From the human T2T-CHM13v2.0 reference genome, Homo sapiens: a DNA stretch of 64,000 bases. Of this stretch, positions 1 to 17,019 are shown piece after piece. The notes under the pieces are model-generated. The model was not told where the DNA came from and searched no databases. It saw only the letters and a list, made by a program, of their open reading frames with translations. Both the position numbers and the translations under genes were made by a program. The DNA is taken from NCBI RefSeq assembly GCF_009914755.1, contig NC_060942.1. One strand, written 5' to 3'. Each line of letters opens with the position of its first letter. Within the stretch, counting starts at the first letter, position 1.

Positions 1-743
1 GACTTACTTTAAGACTATTATAAGAATTATGAAATAAATGTAGGCTTTTCAGAATCTACTTGTAGTAACATGAAGAAAAAGAGAGGTTAAGTTAAGCAAC
101 ATCATTTTAAAATTTAAAACACAATCAAAAGAAAACAGCTCATATTTAATTAGTCTAGACAGTTAATAGTTTGAGGATAATGATAAAAGTAGACTAAAAA
201 TATATAAGGAGTGAAGTCTCTAAGTGAGTTACACAGGTAATTACCTCACACAATGGCAATGTTTTACACCGTGGGGAGCATTCATTCTATGAAATATCTT
301 TATTTTATATTTCAGATGATGGGATAGTTTCCAGAGACTAATGTTCATAAATCCAAAGCTTCTGTTTTATTTTTTCTTATCAGAAGTCTTTACAGGGACA
401 TTCAATTAAGACAATTCCTTAAAGACCCTCCTCTTATTAAACAGCATTAGTCATTTTACCTAGAAGACCATTCTTCGTGTTGAAAAGGAGATTGGACCAG
501 GTCGCCTGCCTTCTTTTCTTCTCCCGGAAGGTGTGGCCACTTCCCTCTCCCCACTATGTACAGACATCAAAGGTATTGATTGTATGCACCAATCTTACTG
601 AAAGAGCCACAACTTGACCTAAGTGTTCTTGCTGCAATGCCAGTTTCTTCCCACTCATTTTTTTTCTTCTTTTACTAGGTTTATTATTAGCAGTGAAACA
701 ACTATGTGTGCTTCTAGTTTGTAATTTCAAATTTGAAATGAAA

Positions 744-1089
744 CAGTCATCCCTTGGTATCTGTGGGGGATTGTTTCCAGGATCTTCTGCAGATACCAAA
801 ATCCACAGATGTTCAAGTCCCTTACATAAAATGGCATAGTGTTTTCATATAGCCTATGCACAGCCTCTCATATACTTACATCACATCTACATTACTTATA
901 ATTCCTAATACACCATTTCTAGATTACGTATAATTCCTACACACCATTTCATTCATGTGGAGTCAACATAGCACTTTGGCACCTGGCAAATTCAAATTTT
1001 GCTTTTCAGAACTCATAGAATTTTTTTTTCTGAATATTTCTGATATTAGATTGATTGAATCCATGGATGCAAAACTCATGGATACGGAA
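744..1089 (+). mobile_element. MER2 DNA transposon (TcMar-Tigger)
   Basis: Starts CAGTCATCCCTTGGTATCTGTGGGGGATTGTTTCCAGG and ends TTGAATCCATGGATGCAAAACTCATGGATACGGA, matching recalled MER2 termini. Confidence 0.8.
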
Positions 1090-1271
1090 GTATACACTTT
1101 ATTTAACTTACTGTTTATATTGATTATTGACTTAAAATATTTTTATATGTATTGTAGAAAAGATATTGTGCTTATAACAATACTTGATATTTGGTTGATT
1201 TATTTTTAATTTTGTTTTTGAATGAAACGATTTTTGATTATACAAAGGAGAAGAAGTGCAATTCCTCTTCT

Positions 1272-2137
1272 GTAGAGGTAGGTTCACAGTGAAGCTAAAA
1301 AAGTTTGAGTTTCAGGGCCCCTTTCTTACCCAGGCCTCTAACAGGACTATGACAGAAGTCCTAGCAGGATGTAAATATGATCACATGTGTTTTTGTGCAA
1401 TTTTCGTAAGATAATTGAAACACACTTGTTAATATCTCTGTCTGTTTCCACTCTGACTTTTCACCCAATATTCTTACTTCCTTCTCTGATTGACATGAAG
1501 GAAATATTTGTGATCTTGCCAAGTTGAAGTTGAGCTGAGACTACATACAGTTTGTAGATAGTGAAATATATTTTATATTTGTTTCTTATGTATTTGTAGT
1601 CAATATGAAAGTTCTCCCATTTCTGAAATGTACTTGATAATGCACCATACATTTAAATGAAAATTACATAAAATATACTTTTTTAAGAATACCTACATTT
1701 GTGGGATAGAAACTTCAAAGAGTGAATATTCCAAATAAGAAATAGACCTTTGTGTTAAATTGTGAGCTTACTTCTCTCAATTTCATTGTCAAAAAATGAT
1801 CAACTTTTGGAAAAAGTCTGGAAAAAAGACTAAATGCTATCTATGAAAAATGATATTACTATATCGCTCTCATACTAAAAGTTGATTAGAGTATATAAAG
1901 CCAAAAAGCTAGGAAAAAGTATTAGTTATTTTTAAATTATTACTAGAACTTTTATTATGTTTTCTAGATTTTTATTATGTTTTCTGTGATTTTTTAATGG
2001 TATTTGTGAGCTTTCCAAAATTTGCGAATTGTTTTCTCATTTCAAATATTTACTTTTATTCCGAATTTTTCTTTATCCCCAAATTGTAAAAAAAAAAAAA
2101 AATCTGACTCAATGAAACCTTTATATATGGTCCTCTG
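1272..2137 (+). mobile_element. Degraded hAT-like (Tip100 group) DNA transposon fossil
   Basis: 5' motif GTGAAGCTAA...TTTCAGGGCCCC resembles a hAT-Tip100 terminus; very diverged, subfamily uncertain. Confidence 0.35.
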
Positions 2138-2346
2138 CATTCCTTTAGGTTAACCCCAAGACTCCATTAGGCGGCCCTCTTCTTTGTAGTGCTGTGACCC
2201 AGTGCACACATTGTGCTATAAGCACACACACACTTATAATAAAGTGTGTGTTTGCACTTCAGCACACGTGTGATCATATTTACATTCTGCCAGGACTTCT
2301 GTCAAGGTCCTGTTAGAGAACTAGACAAGAGATGTGCCCTGAGACA

Positions 2347-2991
<645 letters not shown>

Positions 2992-3844
2992 ATTATACAC
3001 ACTTGTAATACATGCCTCTTTGCTTATAGGGTGTAATCACCCTGAGGACAGAAACCATCTTTTTTAAATTTTTTATTTTTTATGTATTTTTTAAGTCTTT
3101 GTGGGCTCCTGCTACCTCGGGATCTGACTCTTAGTAAGAAGTGATCAGCAGATGCTTGAAGACAGGCTTAATGGGAGTAGATAAAGAACGCTTTAGGACA
3201 TGGGAAGGAAAGTTGCTGAGAATTAGCACTGCTTATTTTATCCTATTCACTATTGCTCTCACTTTTGTTTTTTCTATATAAGTGGCTTTTGCTGCTTCTT
3301 TGTGTTTGCATTGTTCACACGAAAAGACACAAAGTCCCTAAAAAGGAAAGTGAAATTTTGTCAGTGATTTGATTGCAGAAAATATTTGCACAGGTCAGAC
3401 TCTTATTCCCAAAGATTTCAAGAATGTCATATGTGACGGGAGAGTTAGGGAATGTATTAACACATTTTAAGACACCCCCTTAGCAAAAGATTTTATAAGA
3501 AACAGTGTTTCCAAGAGTAATTTATTTGCATAAAAAGTAAGCAGCATCACATGTTCAAGCCCCATTGCAAGATTGATACACAGAGTTTGAGGTTAGGAAA
3601 TTCGTCTTTGAACCACATGCTCAATGTTTAACTTATGAAATATGTAAAGAGGTGAGAGAGTAGGGTTTTTGACTCTTCCTAAGATAGGGGTGTCAATAAG
3701 ATGAATTAAGAGATGAAAGCTCTTGTTATGTTTTGGATCATTTGATTAAGAGTGCTCCAAGCAGAAACTCTCTAAGATTTAAAATTTAGTTAGAAGGCAT
3801 AAATGCTGTAATCCTTCTGAATAAAACAACCTTTGTTCTTTACA

Positions 3845-4140
3845 TATTTTAACAGATTTACTGAAATATAATTCTCATATCATACAATTCACCCACTTAA
3901 AATACAGTTAAGTGGCTTTTAATATATTTACAGAGTTGTATAACTAATACCATAATCAACTGTAGAATATTTTCATCAGTCCAAGAAGAACTCAGTATAT
4001 ATGAATAGTCACTTCTTCTTTCTCTGCAGCCCCAAGAGCCTGAGAATACCATTAACTAATTTTATGCTGTAGATTTGCCTGTTCTGGGCATTTCATAAAA
4101 ATGGAATTTTGTGACTTTCACTTTAGGTAGGTTTTCAGAG
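3845..4140 (-). mobile_element. Old L1M 3' end fragment
   Basis: AAATATAATTCTCATATCATACAATTCACCCACTTAAAATACAG-type reverse L1M 3' UTR. Confidence 0.65.
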
Positions 4141-4686
4141 TTCCTGTAATCTGCTATGATAGCACTTTTTTCTGCCACAACTCAATAAAGAACATATACA
4201 TGATGTTCTTTTGAAAACCAAATAGCTTATTTAAAAATATATTAAATGGTGTAATTTTCTCTTTCCCATAGGAAAAATTCAGGTGTGTTAGTCATGTCTG
4301 AGGCAAGAAACAAAAATTTTTAAATATTATTTTTCTTAAGTGAAAATTTAGATTTGGCAGGAATACAGGCCACTTTCTCGTGTTTGGTAGAGAAGGAATG
4401 AGTGAGAAAAAAATACATTTTAATTTCCAAGGCTTTTGCAGAAATGTAAGATCTTTCATTGTGACCATAGTTGGCGCTATTTCTTTTTTTACTTGATAAA
4501 GTTAAATCACATACTTTAACTTCATAAAATATACCCAAACATGAATATTTTTCTTTAGTTTTATATTGCAGTAATTATCGTACAGCTTTAGGCAATATTT
4601 AATTAAGAAATAAATTATGTTAATTCTTTTAAAACTCTATTTTTTCTATAGGAAAAATGTAAAACATGCTTTTCTTCCAAATATCA

Positions 4687-4997
<311 letters not shown>

Positions 4998-5419
4998 TAA
5001 CATTCATATCCTATTATTTCAACTTCTGTATTAGCTGAAGGACTCAGGGTCATGGGGCAGGAAGAGAGAGGGAGCTTATAGAATAATCTACGAAGTTTAA
5101 AAAGTTTGTAAGTGATAAATTAAAATGGTATCACTTTCAAATATATATCTTGAAGATGTTTCTACATGGCATTTTCCTAAAATCACAATAATGATTTATT
5201 TATTTTATAGCTATGATTGATTGAAATATTATGGATGAAAATAAAGAACTTTATATGTGTTTTTTATATATACACATATGTTGTGTATATATGCATGAAT
5301 GCACACATTTATACTCACACTTATACAGCATACACACACATACAGTCTATATATATACACACATATACAGTATATATAATGATCCATTCTTTATTTTGTT
5401 TTGTCTATTTTCTTTTAAA

Positions 5420-5725
5420 TAATATATTTATATATAATATATAATATATAAATATATTTTTATATATTATATATAAATATATTTATATATTTTTATATAT
5501 TATATAAAAATATATTTATATATTTTTATATATTATATAAAAATATATTTATATATTTTTATATATAAATATATATTTATTATTTAAATATATAAATATA
5601 TATAATATATATATTATAAATATATATGAAATATATATTTATATATTATAAATATATATATTTATTTCTATATATAAATATATATTTATTATTTAAATAT
5701 ATAAATATATATATTTATATATAAA
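5420..5725. repeat. AT-only low-complexity / (TA)n tract
   Basis: About 300 bp of nearly pure A/T with repeated TATATTATATAAAAATATATTT units. Confidence 0.9.
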
Positions 5726-6849
5726 CACAAATCATTTTTATAATTTATACCTATTATCCTACATTAAAAAATTATTGTAGACTTTATTTTTGCATATACA
5801 TTTTTGCTTTCTTTCCTGTTCCACTTACCTTGTATCACTCACTGCAGATTCCTTTATCTTCCTAATGCTCAATACAAAACCATATGCCAATATGTATGAA
5901 TAGCTATGTAGTTATATACTCATAGTATATGTGTACATATAACTAAAGACAAATATGTACAGATACCTATAGTGTTTTGTAATTTTCATGTACTGGATCA
6001 CATGAATGATTTTCTTACTCAACATCTCATGGCCAAAACTCCAAGGAAACTAGTGACGTTGAATGGCTTCAGAATGTTTCACAATGTGATGATTCCACAA
6101 TTTATTGAATTATTTTCCTAATGGTGCACATTATCCTTTTTTCCATCTTTTGTCCCTGTGCACAATTTTTCAGTAAACAACTTTGTGCATGTATCGTTAC
6201 ACTTTGAAGTTTTTATTTTTAGTCTTTTCTTTTTTGTGTACCTCAGTTTAAGGTATGATGAATGCCTTCATGCTAATCCACTTCAGGAAATCTAATCTCA
6301 GGTTTTGACTTAATCTATCTGGGATTCTCCCCACTGTCCTCAGAAAGATGTCTCAATTTTGGAGAGGAACATATTGCCATAGACCTGAAGACATCTAATC
6401 ACTTTTGTTACTTGTGATGTCTGCACATGGTGTGCCCCCACCAGGCAACAACTGATCTATTTTCTGTCACCATAGATTAGTTTGCATTTTCTAGAATTGT
6501 ATAAAAATGGAATCCTACAGTGTTTACTTTTTTCTTCTATCTTCTGTTACTTAGCATACCTGCATAGAGATTCATCATTGATGTGCACATCAAATTGTCT
6601 TTTTTTCTCTGGCTGTTAACACTTTTCTTGATCACTGGTTTAAGCAATTTGATTGTAATGTACATTTACATGATCTTCCTATTTCTTATGCTTGGAGTTT
6701 GTTGAAATTCTTGGATCTCTTCAGGTTTCTACTTTTTATTATATTTGGAAAATTTCTGGTCATTATATTTTTCAAATATTTAACTTCCCCTCCTCTTTGC
6801 CAGGAACTCTATTTACAGTATATTAGGTGGCTTGAAGTTGTCCTACCAT

Positions 6850-7216
6850 CTGTCCATTGGCAGTCATTGAGTTCTCACTAGGGTGGGCTATTGGAAAAGT
6901 ACTGGAGGATGTTAGGGAGTTTTGATCAATGGGTTGTATCCGTCACTTTGAGGTACGCCTCAGTTTTCCAATGTTATTCTCTGTGATTTGGCCATCTATC
7001 TTTGCTAACTGGCACCCATTGAAGTGAGATTTCTACCTTGCCACAGAGAAAGGGAGAAATAGGATCACTATCTTTTGTAATACATACATTTTAAGGAGAT
7101 GGCTTTCAGATCTTTGGAATAAATATTTCTGGGATATAAAACTGTCAAGAAGATGGGAAAATATTTATTCCTTAAAGGGGCAGAGAAATAACTTGCAAGT
7201 TTTTGTTTTTCCTTTT
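6850..7216. mobile_element. ERV1-class LTR fragment (MER34/MER39-like), split by the U6/L1 insertion; resumes at 9471 to about 9560
   Basis: LTR-like sequence reads on across the TSD (...ATACATGCTCCA|AGTAAAGGGAAGTCAGGGGCTATAGTCA); family recalled, uncertain. Confidence 0.45.
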
Positions 7217-7232
7217 AAAAATACATGCTCCA

Positions 7233-8795
<1,563 letters not shown>

Positions 8796-9459
8796 GACAC
8801 TACAGGATGACCTGGCCTTCTGTTAGACCCCTTTCCCTCCCTACACCCCTGCCACACAGGCCTCCCTGCCTGTCCTCAAATATGCCTGGCAACTGGCAAC
8901 TCCTCAGGGAGAGCCTTCCACTGCTATTCCCTCTGCCTGGAGTGGTCTTCCCCACAGACCTCAATTGCTCATCTCCTTGAAATCTTGGCTCAAATGTTAC
9001 CTTGTCAGTGATGCTCTCCCTATCTCCTCTATTTAACATTGCAACATTCCCTTTTACTCAAATATCCTTGTCTCCACAGCACTTACCACTTTATAGCACA
9101 CTATATACTTTATTGATTATGCTTTATTATCTTGCCCTTTCCCACCTCAAAATAGAATATAAGGTTAGGAAGGTAGGAATTTTTTTCCATTTTGTTCACT
9201 GCTGTGTACCCAGCTCCTGGGACAGTCCTGGCGCCCAACTGCTTGATATTTATTGAATGAATGAATGTACAGGAGAATGGCTTTGAACATGCACTGTGTA
9301 ATCAGATAGATTTGGGCTTGAATTTCAACTCTGTCACTATTAGCTGTCTGACTCTAGGCAAACAGTGCATGTTAACAGTTGTGGTACAGTGCCCAGCATA
9401 TAGGAAATGTCTCTTTTTGTTTAGCTATCATTATTAAAACATAATAAAAAAAAAAAAAA
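8796..9459 (+). other. L1 3' transduction (contains L2 and MIR remnants) ending in a second poly(A)
   Basis: Lies between the L1 tail and the 3' TSD; ATTAAA at 9433-9438, A14 at 9446-9459; TSD AAAAATACATGCTCCA at 7217-7232 and 9455-9470. Confidence 0.92.
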
Positions 9460-11099
9460 TACATGCTCCAAGTAAAGGGAAGTCAGGGGCTATAGTCACA
9501 AGTAAATATGTCTGAAGTTTTGTCAAGCTAAGAGGAACATTATGGTTTTTTTGATGACTACCGTGCTTATTTTATCACTTGTGCTTTTTTTCTGGAGCAG
9601 TTTAAATGTTTTTTTTTTTCTCTGCACTATGTATCATATTTTTCTATTAATTTGCATGACATATAAGTTTTGACTGGATGCTTGTCATTGTGAATTTTAC
9701 CTTGTTGGGTGCTAAATATTTTCATCTTTTTATAATTATTCTTAACCTTTGTTCTGAGTACTATTCCACTACCTGGAAACGTATCTTTCATGTCTTGAAG
9801 CTTTTAAGTCTTGTTAGATGAGACCAGAGTAGCATTTAGCCTTGGGCTATCTTACCTACTGAGTACTGAGAAAGAACCATTTGGATGGAGTACTTTACCT
9901 AATGGACTGTGAATTATGAGGTTTTCCACTCTGACTGTTGAGAACAGGGGTGATTATTACTGGCCTTGTGTGAATCCTAGAGGTTGTTACTTCTAATTCT
10001 TTTAGATGTTAGTTTTCTTACAAGTATGCGCTGGTCACCACCCTACCGAATACTCTGTGGGCCCCCAGGGTTCTCTCTCTGATGGTGCTCATCTTGGTGA
10101 GCACTTTGCTAGACATTTTATTTGAAGACTATGACTAAGAAATAAAATTATTTGTTGTGATTCATTAGCTGAAGGTGTTAGAAATAAATAACTCAAAATT
10201 TAAGGGAAAATCAGCCATATTTTTAGATTAAAAATGGAATAATAGAAAGTGATTGATTTCTAAAGGAGCTAGGTATTTGCCAATAATTTTACAGAATAAC
10301 TTCTTTCTACTGATTGAACAAATTTATATAATCATCTCTCTCTAAATGTGTATGTTATAGATTGATAAACAATCACATAAAGTACCACACATCATCTTGT
10401 ATTTCCTTATTAGATATTTTATTTTATCTGAAATATATGCTAGATAACTTCTTGATAAAATACAAATTACATTTCTCAGATCAATATTCTGTGCAAGTCA
10501 TAATGAATTATCTATTGACCATGTGATATCCTTTGTAACCTTGTGGATATTTCTGTTAAGAAAAATAGATAATTATTTGGGACTCTAATTGGCTTTTTCC
10601 TGGCCTTTCAGTGACTCTGTGGACAAAAATCAGCCATCAGCTAAAATGTGTAACCTTGGATTGTTGAAACAGGCACTGAACCCTCACTTTAATGCAATTG
10701 AGTTAGGTATTACAAAATGGCAGTACTGATTTAAAAAAACCATTTGAATCATTTATAATAGACACAATAGGGATGTATTACTTTTCATATTTTTTATTTA
10801 TAAAAATTTTATGATTCAGTAGTTCAACTCTTACATGAACTACCATCCATATTCATCTGCACCCCCACAACCATATATAGAAGCAAAAAGTTAGCCTCCT
10901 ATTACATGTATGTTACAAAGCTCTATGTCAAAGAGTAATAATGTCTTCAAGAGATGACAGGTTCTGTTGGTGAATTACTAACAGGCAAAAAAGCTTTAGA
11001 CTAATAGATCTTGCTCTTTAAGATAAACCAGAAATCTTTATGCTGGGCTACTCTCCAAGTATGCCTATAAATAGAGAGTGGGCATAGAGTTTACTTTTT

Positions 11100-12400
11100 A
11101 AAAGGTTTTATTATGGAAAACTTTGGCTATATACAAAAATAGAAAGAATACTATAATGAACCCCAACGTTTCCATCAGCCATAATTTAATCATTTTAATC
11201 TCATGAACAGTACTTTTTGTCCATATTATTCCCATCCTCATGTCTACCCTACATTATTCTGTCTGGAAGTATTACAGCATGTATCTCAAAACATAGAGAC
11301 TTACTTATCACTAAATATAACAATAACATTTTAAACCTAAAAAATTAAAAATAATTTGCTAATATTAAATATTTACTGTTCAAATTTTCAATTTACTAAG
11401 AAATACGATTTTAAAATCATTTACTTTATTTGAATCAGAAATCAAATAAAGGGCAGACATCTTGATTGGATATATATTTTAAGGTGTGTTTATATATATA
11501 TATTTATATCTATTTCTCCTTTTTCTCTTTTAATAATTTATTCATTAAAAAATCTAGATCATTTATCCTGTAGAGTTTTAATTTGCAATGCCCTATACTG
11601 TAGTATTGTTTGCTATTTTACTCTATCCTCTGTGTCTCCTACAAAATGAAAGTCGGATTTAAAGGGTTTGGTTTGAATCAATTTCAAGACTTTTTCATAG
11701 AAATGTGTCAGTGTGTTTCCCTATTAGGAAGCACATGATATATGATTGTGTCTCACTGTGGTATTAGCAGACTGATCCTCATTGCCTAGAACCATAGATG
11801 AATCAGGAGTTGCAAAGCTATAATTTTCCAGCTCAGTTATTTCTGCCCAAGTTATTATTTGGAATATTTAAATAAAGAGAACTTCATCTCATATAATATT
11901 TTGTTCATTTAAATAAGTCAGGACACATAATAAATTTACATTCCCCCCAACCCCGCCATTTCTTTAACCAAGTAACAAAATAATGAATTGAATCACTACC
12001 ATTCTTCAATGTTGATCAAATTTGATAAATTTTTCTTTTTTTAGTATCAATATTAAGACATGGATTTAAACTTATTGGATGTGTTTCAATCTATTACTCT
12101 CTTATCCTTACTGATATTCAAAAGCTACCATATTTAGAACTCAGGAACCTCTTTATATTGTCTATTGTGTACAATTGACGTATTAGTAATAATACATCAA
12201 TTTTTTATAGGTTTCTCACTTCATAGAATGACAAGATATACTGGAATCATCCTGTTTCAGACCTGGGTAAATCAATTTCTTTAGAGTCCAGGGTTCTTTC
12301 AGTGGGAATTATCTTAAGATCACAATCTGTGCAGACATATGTGCATTGCTACTGAGATGGTCATTATTTCTAGGCCATTTCAGTGGAAAGACTGGGAAAC
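11100..12400 (-). mobile_element. Old L1M (MC/ME-type) 3' region fragments
   Basis: TTTTATTATGGAAAAC...TATACAAAAATAGAAAGAATACTATAATGAACCCC signature. Confidence 0.55.
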
Positions 12401-15400
12401 GTTGTAAATATGTTGAATTATTTTTGCCTCTCTTTATTGGTCGTAGTTTCTGAAACCCTTTTTAATCTATCTTCATTACTTTTGGATTTTAGCATTTTAT
12501 TTATTTTCATCTTTCCTCAAGGAATCATCTGTTGCATTAATTTGCTCTTCTGTTCCTTCTAGTTTATTCTGAAACAATTTTTCTTTTCCTATATTTTCTA
12601 TTCTTTCAATATAGAAGAGACAGAAAAGTACAAAGAAGAAAACAAGAAAGGTCACCCAGAGAGAAGCATACTGAGATTTTTGTGTACAGTCAGCTCATTT
12701 AAAATACTGATATTGGGATCCTACTGCTGCCTGCTTTTTCATTTTTCATGAAAATAAAACCTGACCTGAAGTGTAATGATTTTTTCTTTTATTTCTAATT
12801 CTTTCCTGGGTACTGTTACATTTTTCTAATTCTTGGTTTTCCTGCATCATATTATTTATTGTTTTAATAATTTTGTTTCAAATGCACTAAAAATTAGTTC
12901 TGTTTTTCTATTTCTATAGTGGGCATATATCTTCCACTACTTCATTGTCAGTAGCATACTTTCACTATCTTTGAAACATTATTTTTATCCTTCTGTCCTT
13001 AAAAAGATCATATATGATTCAACTATCATTGTCTTCTGTTGCTCATTATTACATGAATTAATTTTTGTACTGATAATAAAAAGATACTGAATGTAGAAAC
13101 ATTTTCTGGCTTTACTGCTCAAGAGCTGACTATTCTTAATATTTTCATGAAATGTCCAAAATATTCCTTATTCTTTCCAAATATTCCTTGTTCTCTCCAA
13201 AAATGCCTGGCTCTGCCCCATACCCTACTTTTATCTGGATTATTTCTTTTCTCTGCTTGTATTGCCACTATTCCTATCAATATGAATTCTGTTATCAGTA
13301 TTCTCCTCTCAGTAGAGGGTGTGTTTTTGAAGGAAGCTTTGTGTTTTCTGTTTTGCTTTGTTTTGTTTATGAGAGTATACAGGATTAAAATTGTCCTAGT
13401 TCTTTAGGCTTTACCACAAGCCTCTTCTATTCACTCACAAATCAGGTTGTGTAAAAATGTGTGAACTCTCCTAGTCTTATTTACTGTTTTCACATTGGCC
13501 TGACACATTTGTCAAGGCATGACTATTGCCAACTTCAGGGTTCTCATATTCTCACTTCCTGTTCCTTTTCTTATATTTTCGCAAATAGATGCTGATCTTC
13601 TGCAATTCACGAAGTGTCAGTAGATTTTCTTAACCTACTTGTATCTTAGGGTTCATAGGGATAACTTTTCACCTCATTTTGTTATAGGCATCTACAATTT
13701 TGATTTTGTTAAGTTCACTGCTCCGACTGGTTTTATGGAGAGATTTGTAGACTTTTGAATAATTACCATCATCATACCACTGCCATCTCCCTATAATTCC
13801 TCACAGGAATAGGTGTATATTTTTTAATTCCAGATTCACAACTTCCATATATGGTTATTCATAAATTAATCTGCCTAAGGAAGTACTTTGCAAGCAAGTT
13901 TTCCTCTCCTATATTACCTTCCATCCGCTTTTCAAGTGAAGGGCATACTCGTCTCTTTTTCTCAGTATTATTTTGAAGCATTTTGCCAGAGTGAAAAAAC
14001 ACGTGGGAGTACTTAACAGAGAGATATGTTGAAATACTGTTGTTGAGAAATAAACTAATCAATGGGTCACAAACCTTTGGCATTTCAGGTGGTTTCTAAT
14101 TTTCTCTTTATAAGAATATCAGAATATGACCTACCAGACTGGTCAGCTTATAAATAATTACAAATAAATTTTGATATTAGTTAAAAATGTGGCTTTGCCA
14201 TGTATTTAGAAGGATATTTAATAAAACACAACAACTCCAGTAAACTTAAACTTCTTCCATGTCTATCTAACATGTGTGATCAATTTTCTTAATGCCTACA
14301 TTAACAAAAGAATGATAATTCTTATTTCATTCTATCAGTAAGTAATTTCATCCATGAACACACAAATTAATTGAAAAAAAGTTCATCTATCTCATTAAGA
14401 GATGAATTTCTAGTAAATGATTAGTTTACATTTAATAATTATCCAAATATGTACTATCTTGTTTATTTTTAAGCAATTGTGTACGCATAACAATTATTAG
14501 GGTAATTCATCCCAAAAGAAACTTTTTAAAATATTTGAGGGGTTATAGTAATAATAGATACATACATACTTTATACCCACATTTTTATGGCATATTACAG
14601 AGTAAAAACTTTCTCAAGTATAAACATTTCACATGTCATGGTATGATAATCTGGAGGCAATGGGATAATAAAAATTGAAGGAATAAAATAACAACATAAA
14701 ATTGTAAGTAGATGATAGCAAATCACATTTCTATGTTTTTAAGATATCATTGCTTATAGTAAAGTGTGATATAATCATTCTGTTTAAAATGTCAACATGT
14801 AGACTTTTGTCCAGGCCGGACACAAGATGGTTGTACTCTTGCAAAGACATGTTGGCTGTCCTTGCCTCTGAGCCCAATTTAGCCCTCTGCTCTGTATCAG
14901 AAAAGCTGCTCCTTTGGGAACCTTAGTCAAAAAAGAGATGGAGTGGTTCTGGAATAAGAACATAGATTCAAACCGCCCTTTATCTTGCCATAGCACTGTC
15001 TACAGTTTGGCCTCTTCTCATGACGATGTCCATTTGCCACCGTGGGTCTGGTATTGCTTTGAGTGCACGGGTCTGTCTTTTTGGTATGTCGGTGCTTTTG
15101 CTCCCTGGGAACTTTGAGTCTTATTTGAAACTTGTGAAGTCCCTGTGTCTGGGGCCAGCACTGATCCACCACAGCTACATTGGCACTCCTCTTCCCTCTC
15201 ATGTATCACACCTGGAGTGGGATCTCACCCTTGATGTGGTACCCGGGAATAGCCTTGAAGATTCCACAGCTACATCAATCTAGAGTGGTTATCTTGGTTC
15301 TTACTGTGTTGTGGTCTGTAGGGCTGGCAGCCATGTGAAGAGCTGACGTTCCCAGCGTCATCTTTCCACACACTATTAAGGTCACCTATCCTCCCATTTG

Positions 15401-15512
15401 TCACTCTTGTCTCCAGTCTGGACAAAGTTCTCCTGATTTATTTAGATCCTTTTGGGCTTTCAGATCCCCTGGAGCTCAGTAGCAGTAGATCATAGTAGTG
15501 GAAAAGGGCCCA

Positions 15513-15599
15513 GATGGTCTCGATTGCCTGACCTCGTGATCCGCCCGTCTCGGCCTCCCGAAGTGCTGGGATTACAGGCGTGAGCCACCGCGCCCGGCC
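15513..15599 (-). mobile_element. 3'-truncated young Alu fragment (first ~87 nt) within the SDHC pseudogene 3' UTR
   Basis: CpG-rich Alu 5' end; no right arm, tail or TSD. Confidence 0.9.
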
Positions 15600-15962
15600 T
15601 TCCCCTTGTTTCTAAATATGGAGTGGCTGCAAAATCTTCCCTTTTCCTGCCCACAGCTTGCCTACTCTGGGAATAGAAGCACTTATTCTCTCTCCATATT
15701 GGGCTCTGATTTGTGCTGTGGGTCAGCTTTTGGCTCCTTCTCCCTGAGACAGTGGAAACTGCCAGCTCTGTGGCCTGCATCCTGGGGGCTGGGGGTGAGA
15801 CTTTTGGTGCCACTGCCTGTGGGTTGCTGGCCTAAAGGACAATTCTGTTCATTGGCCAGAACCCATGCCTTTAACACCTACACATCATTATTGAAAGAAG
15901 AGAGAGGAGGTGTGGAAGGGAATTAATCTATCCCAGCTAGAGGGAGATAAAGAGGGCTAGCT

Positions 15963-16271
<309 letters not shown>

Positions 16272-17019
16272 TTAGTTGGAGCTGCTGTTTTGGGGAGAAA
16301 ATATATAGCTTCTGACACAAGAGGAAAATCCAGACAATTATCATTGAGCATATTATTTCTCAATGATATTTCCTCTTATTGCATTTCCAGAAAAAAAAAC
16401 TTCTTAATTTCATGCTTCCAAGTCCATATACCATTTTTTTCTAAAACTGAGTTAAAATACTCATTTTATAAAAAGTAAATATTTAAAATTCACTAAAAAT
16501 TTTATTTTTGAGTTTAAATAAATCAACAATTTTAACAAAAACTTTAAAAATTAAAAAAATACATCAGCAAGAGAATAAAAGACCACTGAGATAAGTCATT
16601 TGACATCCTTATTTTGACTTGAAGAATACAATACATTTTTTGTTTGTTAAAGCTAAACATAATTCACTGTATTTTCTACCATTCTCTAAGGTTAAGGGAG
16701 GGAATTAAGTAAAATCTACTTTAAAGGATTTTGGCTAAATTTTTTGAAGCAATGATCCAAGGCATAAAATGCTTCTCTGTGGCTTATCTGCCCATTTGAA
16801 GACTTCTCTGTGCATTGATAAATAATACATATTATTTGGAATCTTAACCTTGCTGTCACATATTTCTGGGCCCACTGCATTTGAGTCTACTCTTTGGACA
16901 CATTTCCTTCTTACGTTCCTCACCTTTCATAAGAATATATTGCTACCAAACCTGACTAACTGTAAAATACTTGCTCATATACCCTTATGCTAATTGATAT
17001 TCAATACTTATCCCAAGAA

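Noticed and set aside
1950-1985. TTTTATTATGTTTTCT repeated twice
   Set aside because: Simple 20-bp-period tandem duplication with no A-tail insert
2225-2250. Hairpin CACACACTT-ATAATA-AAGTGTGTG in the inverted-repeat spacer
   Set aside because: Short low-complexity CA/TG stem, compatible with chance
14914-15283. ORFs with SDHC similarity as a functional gene
   Set aside because: Early stop and frameshifts split the CDS across frames; intronless
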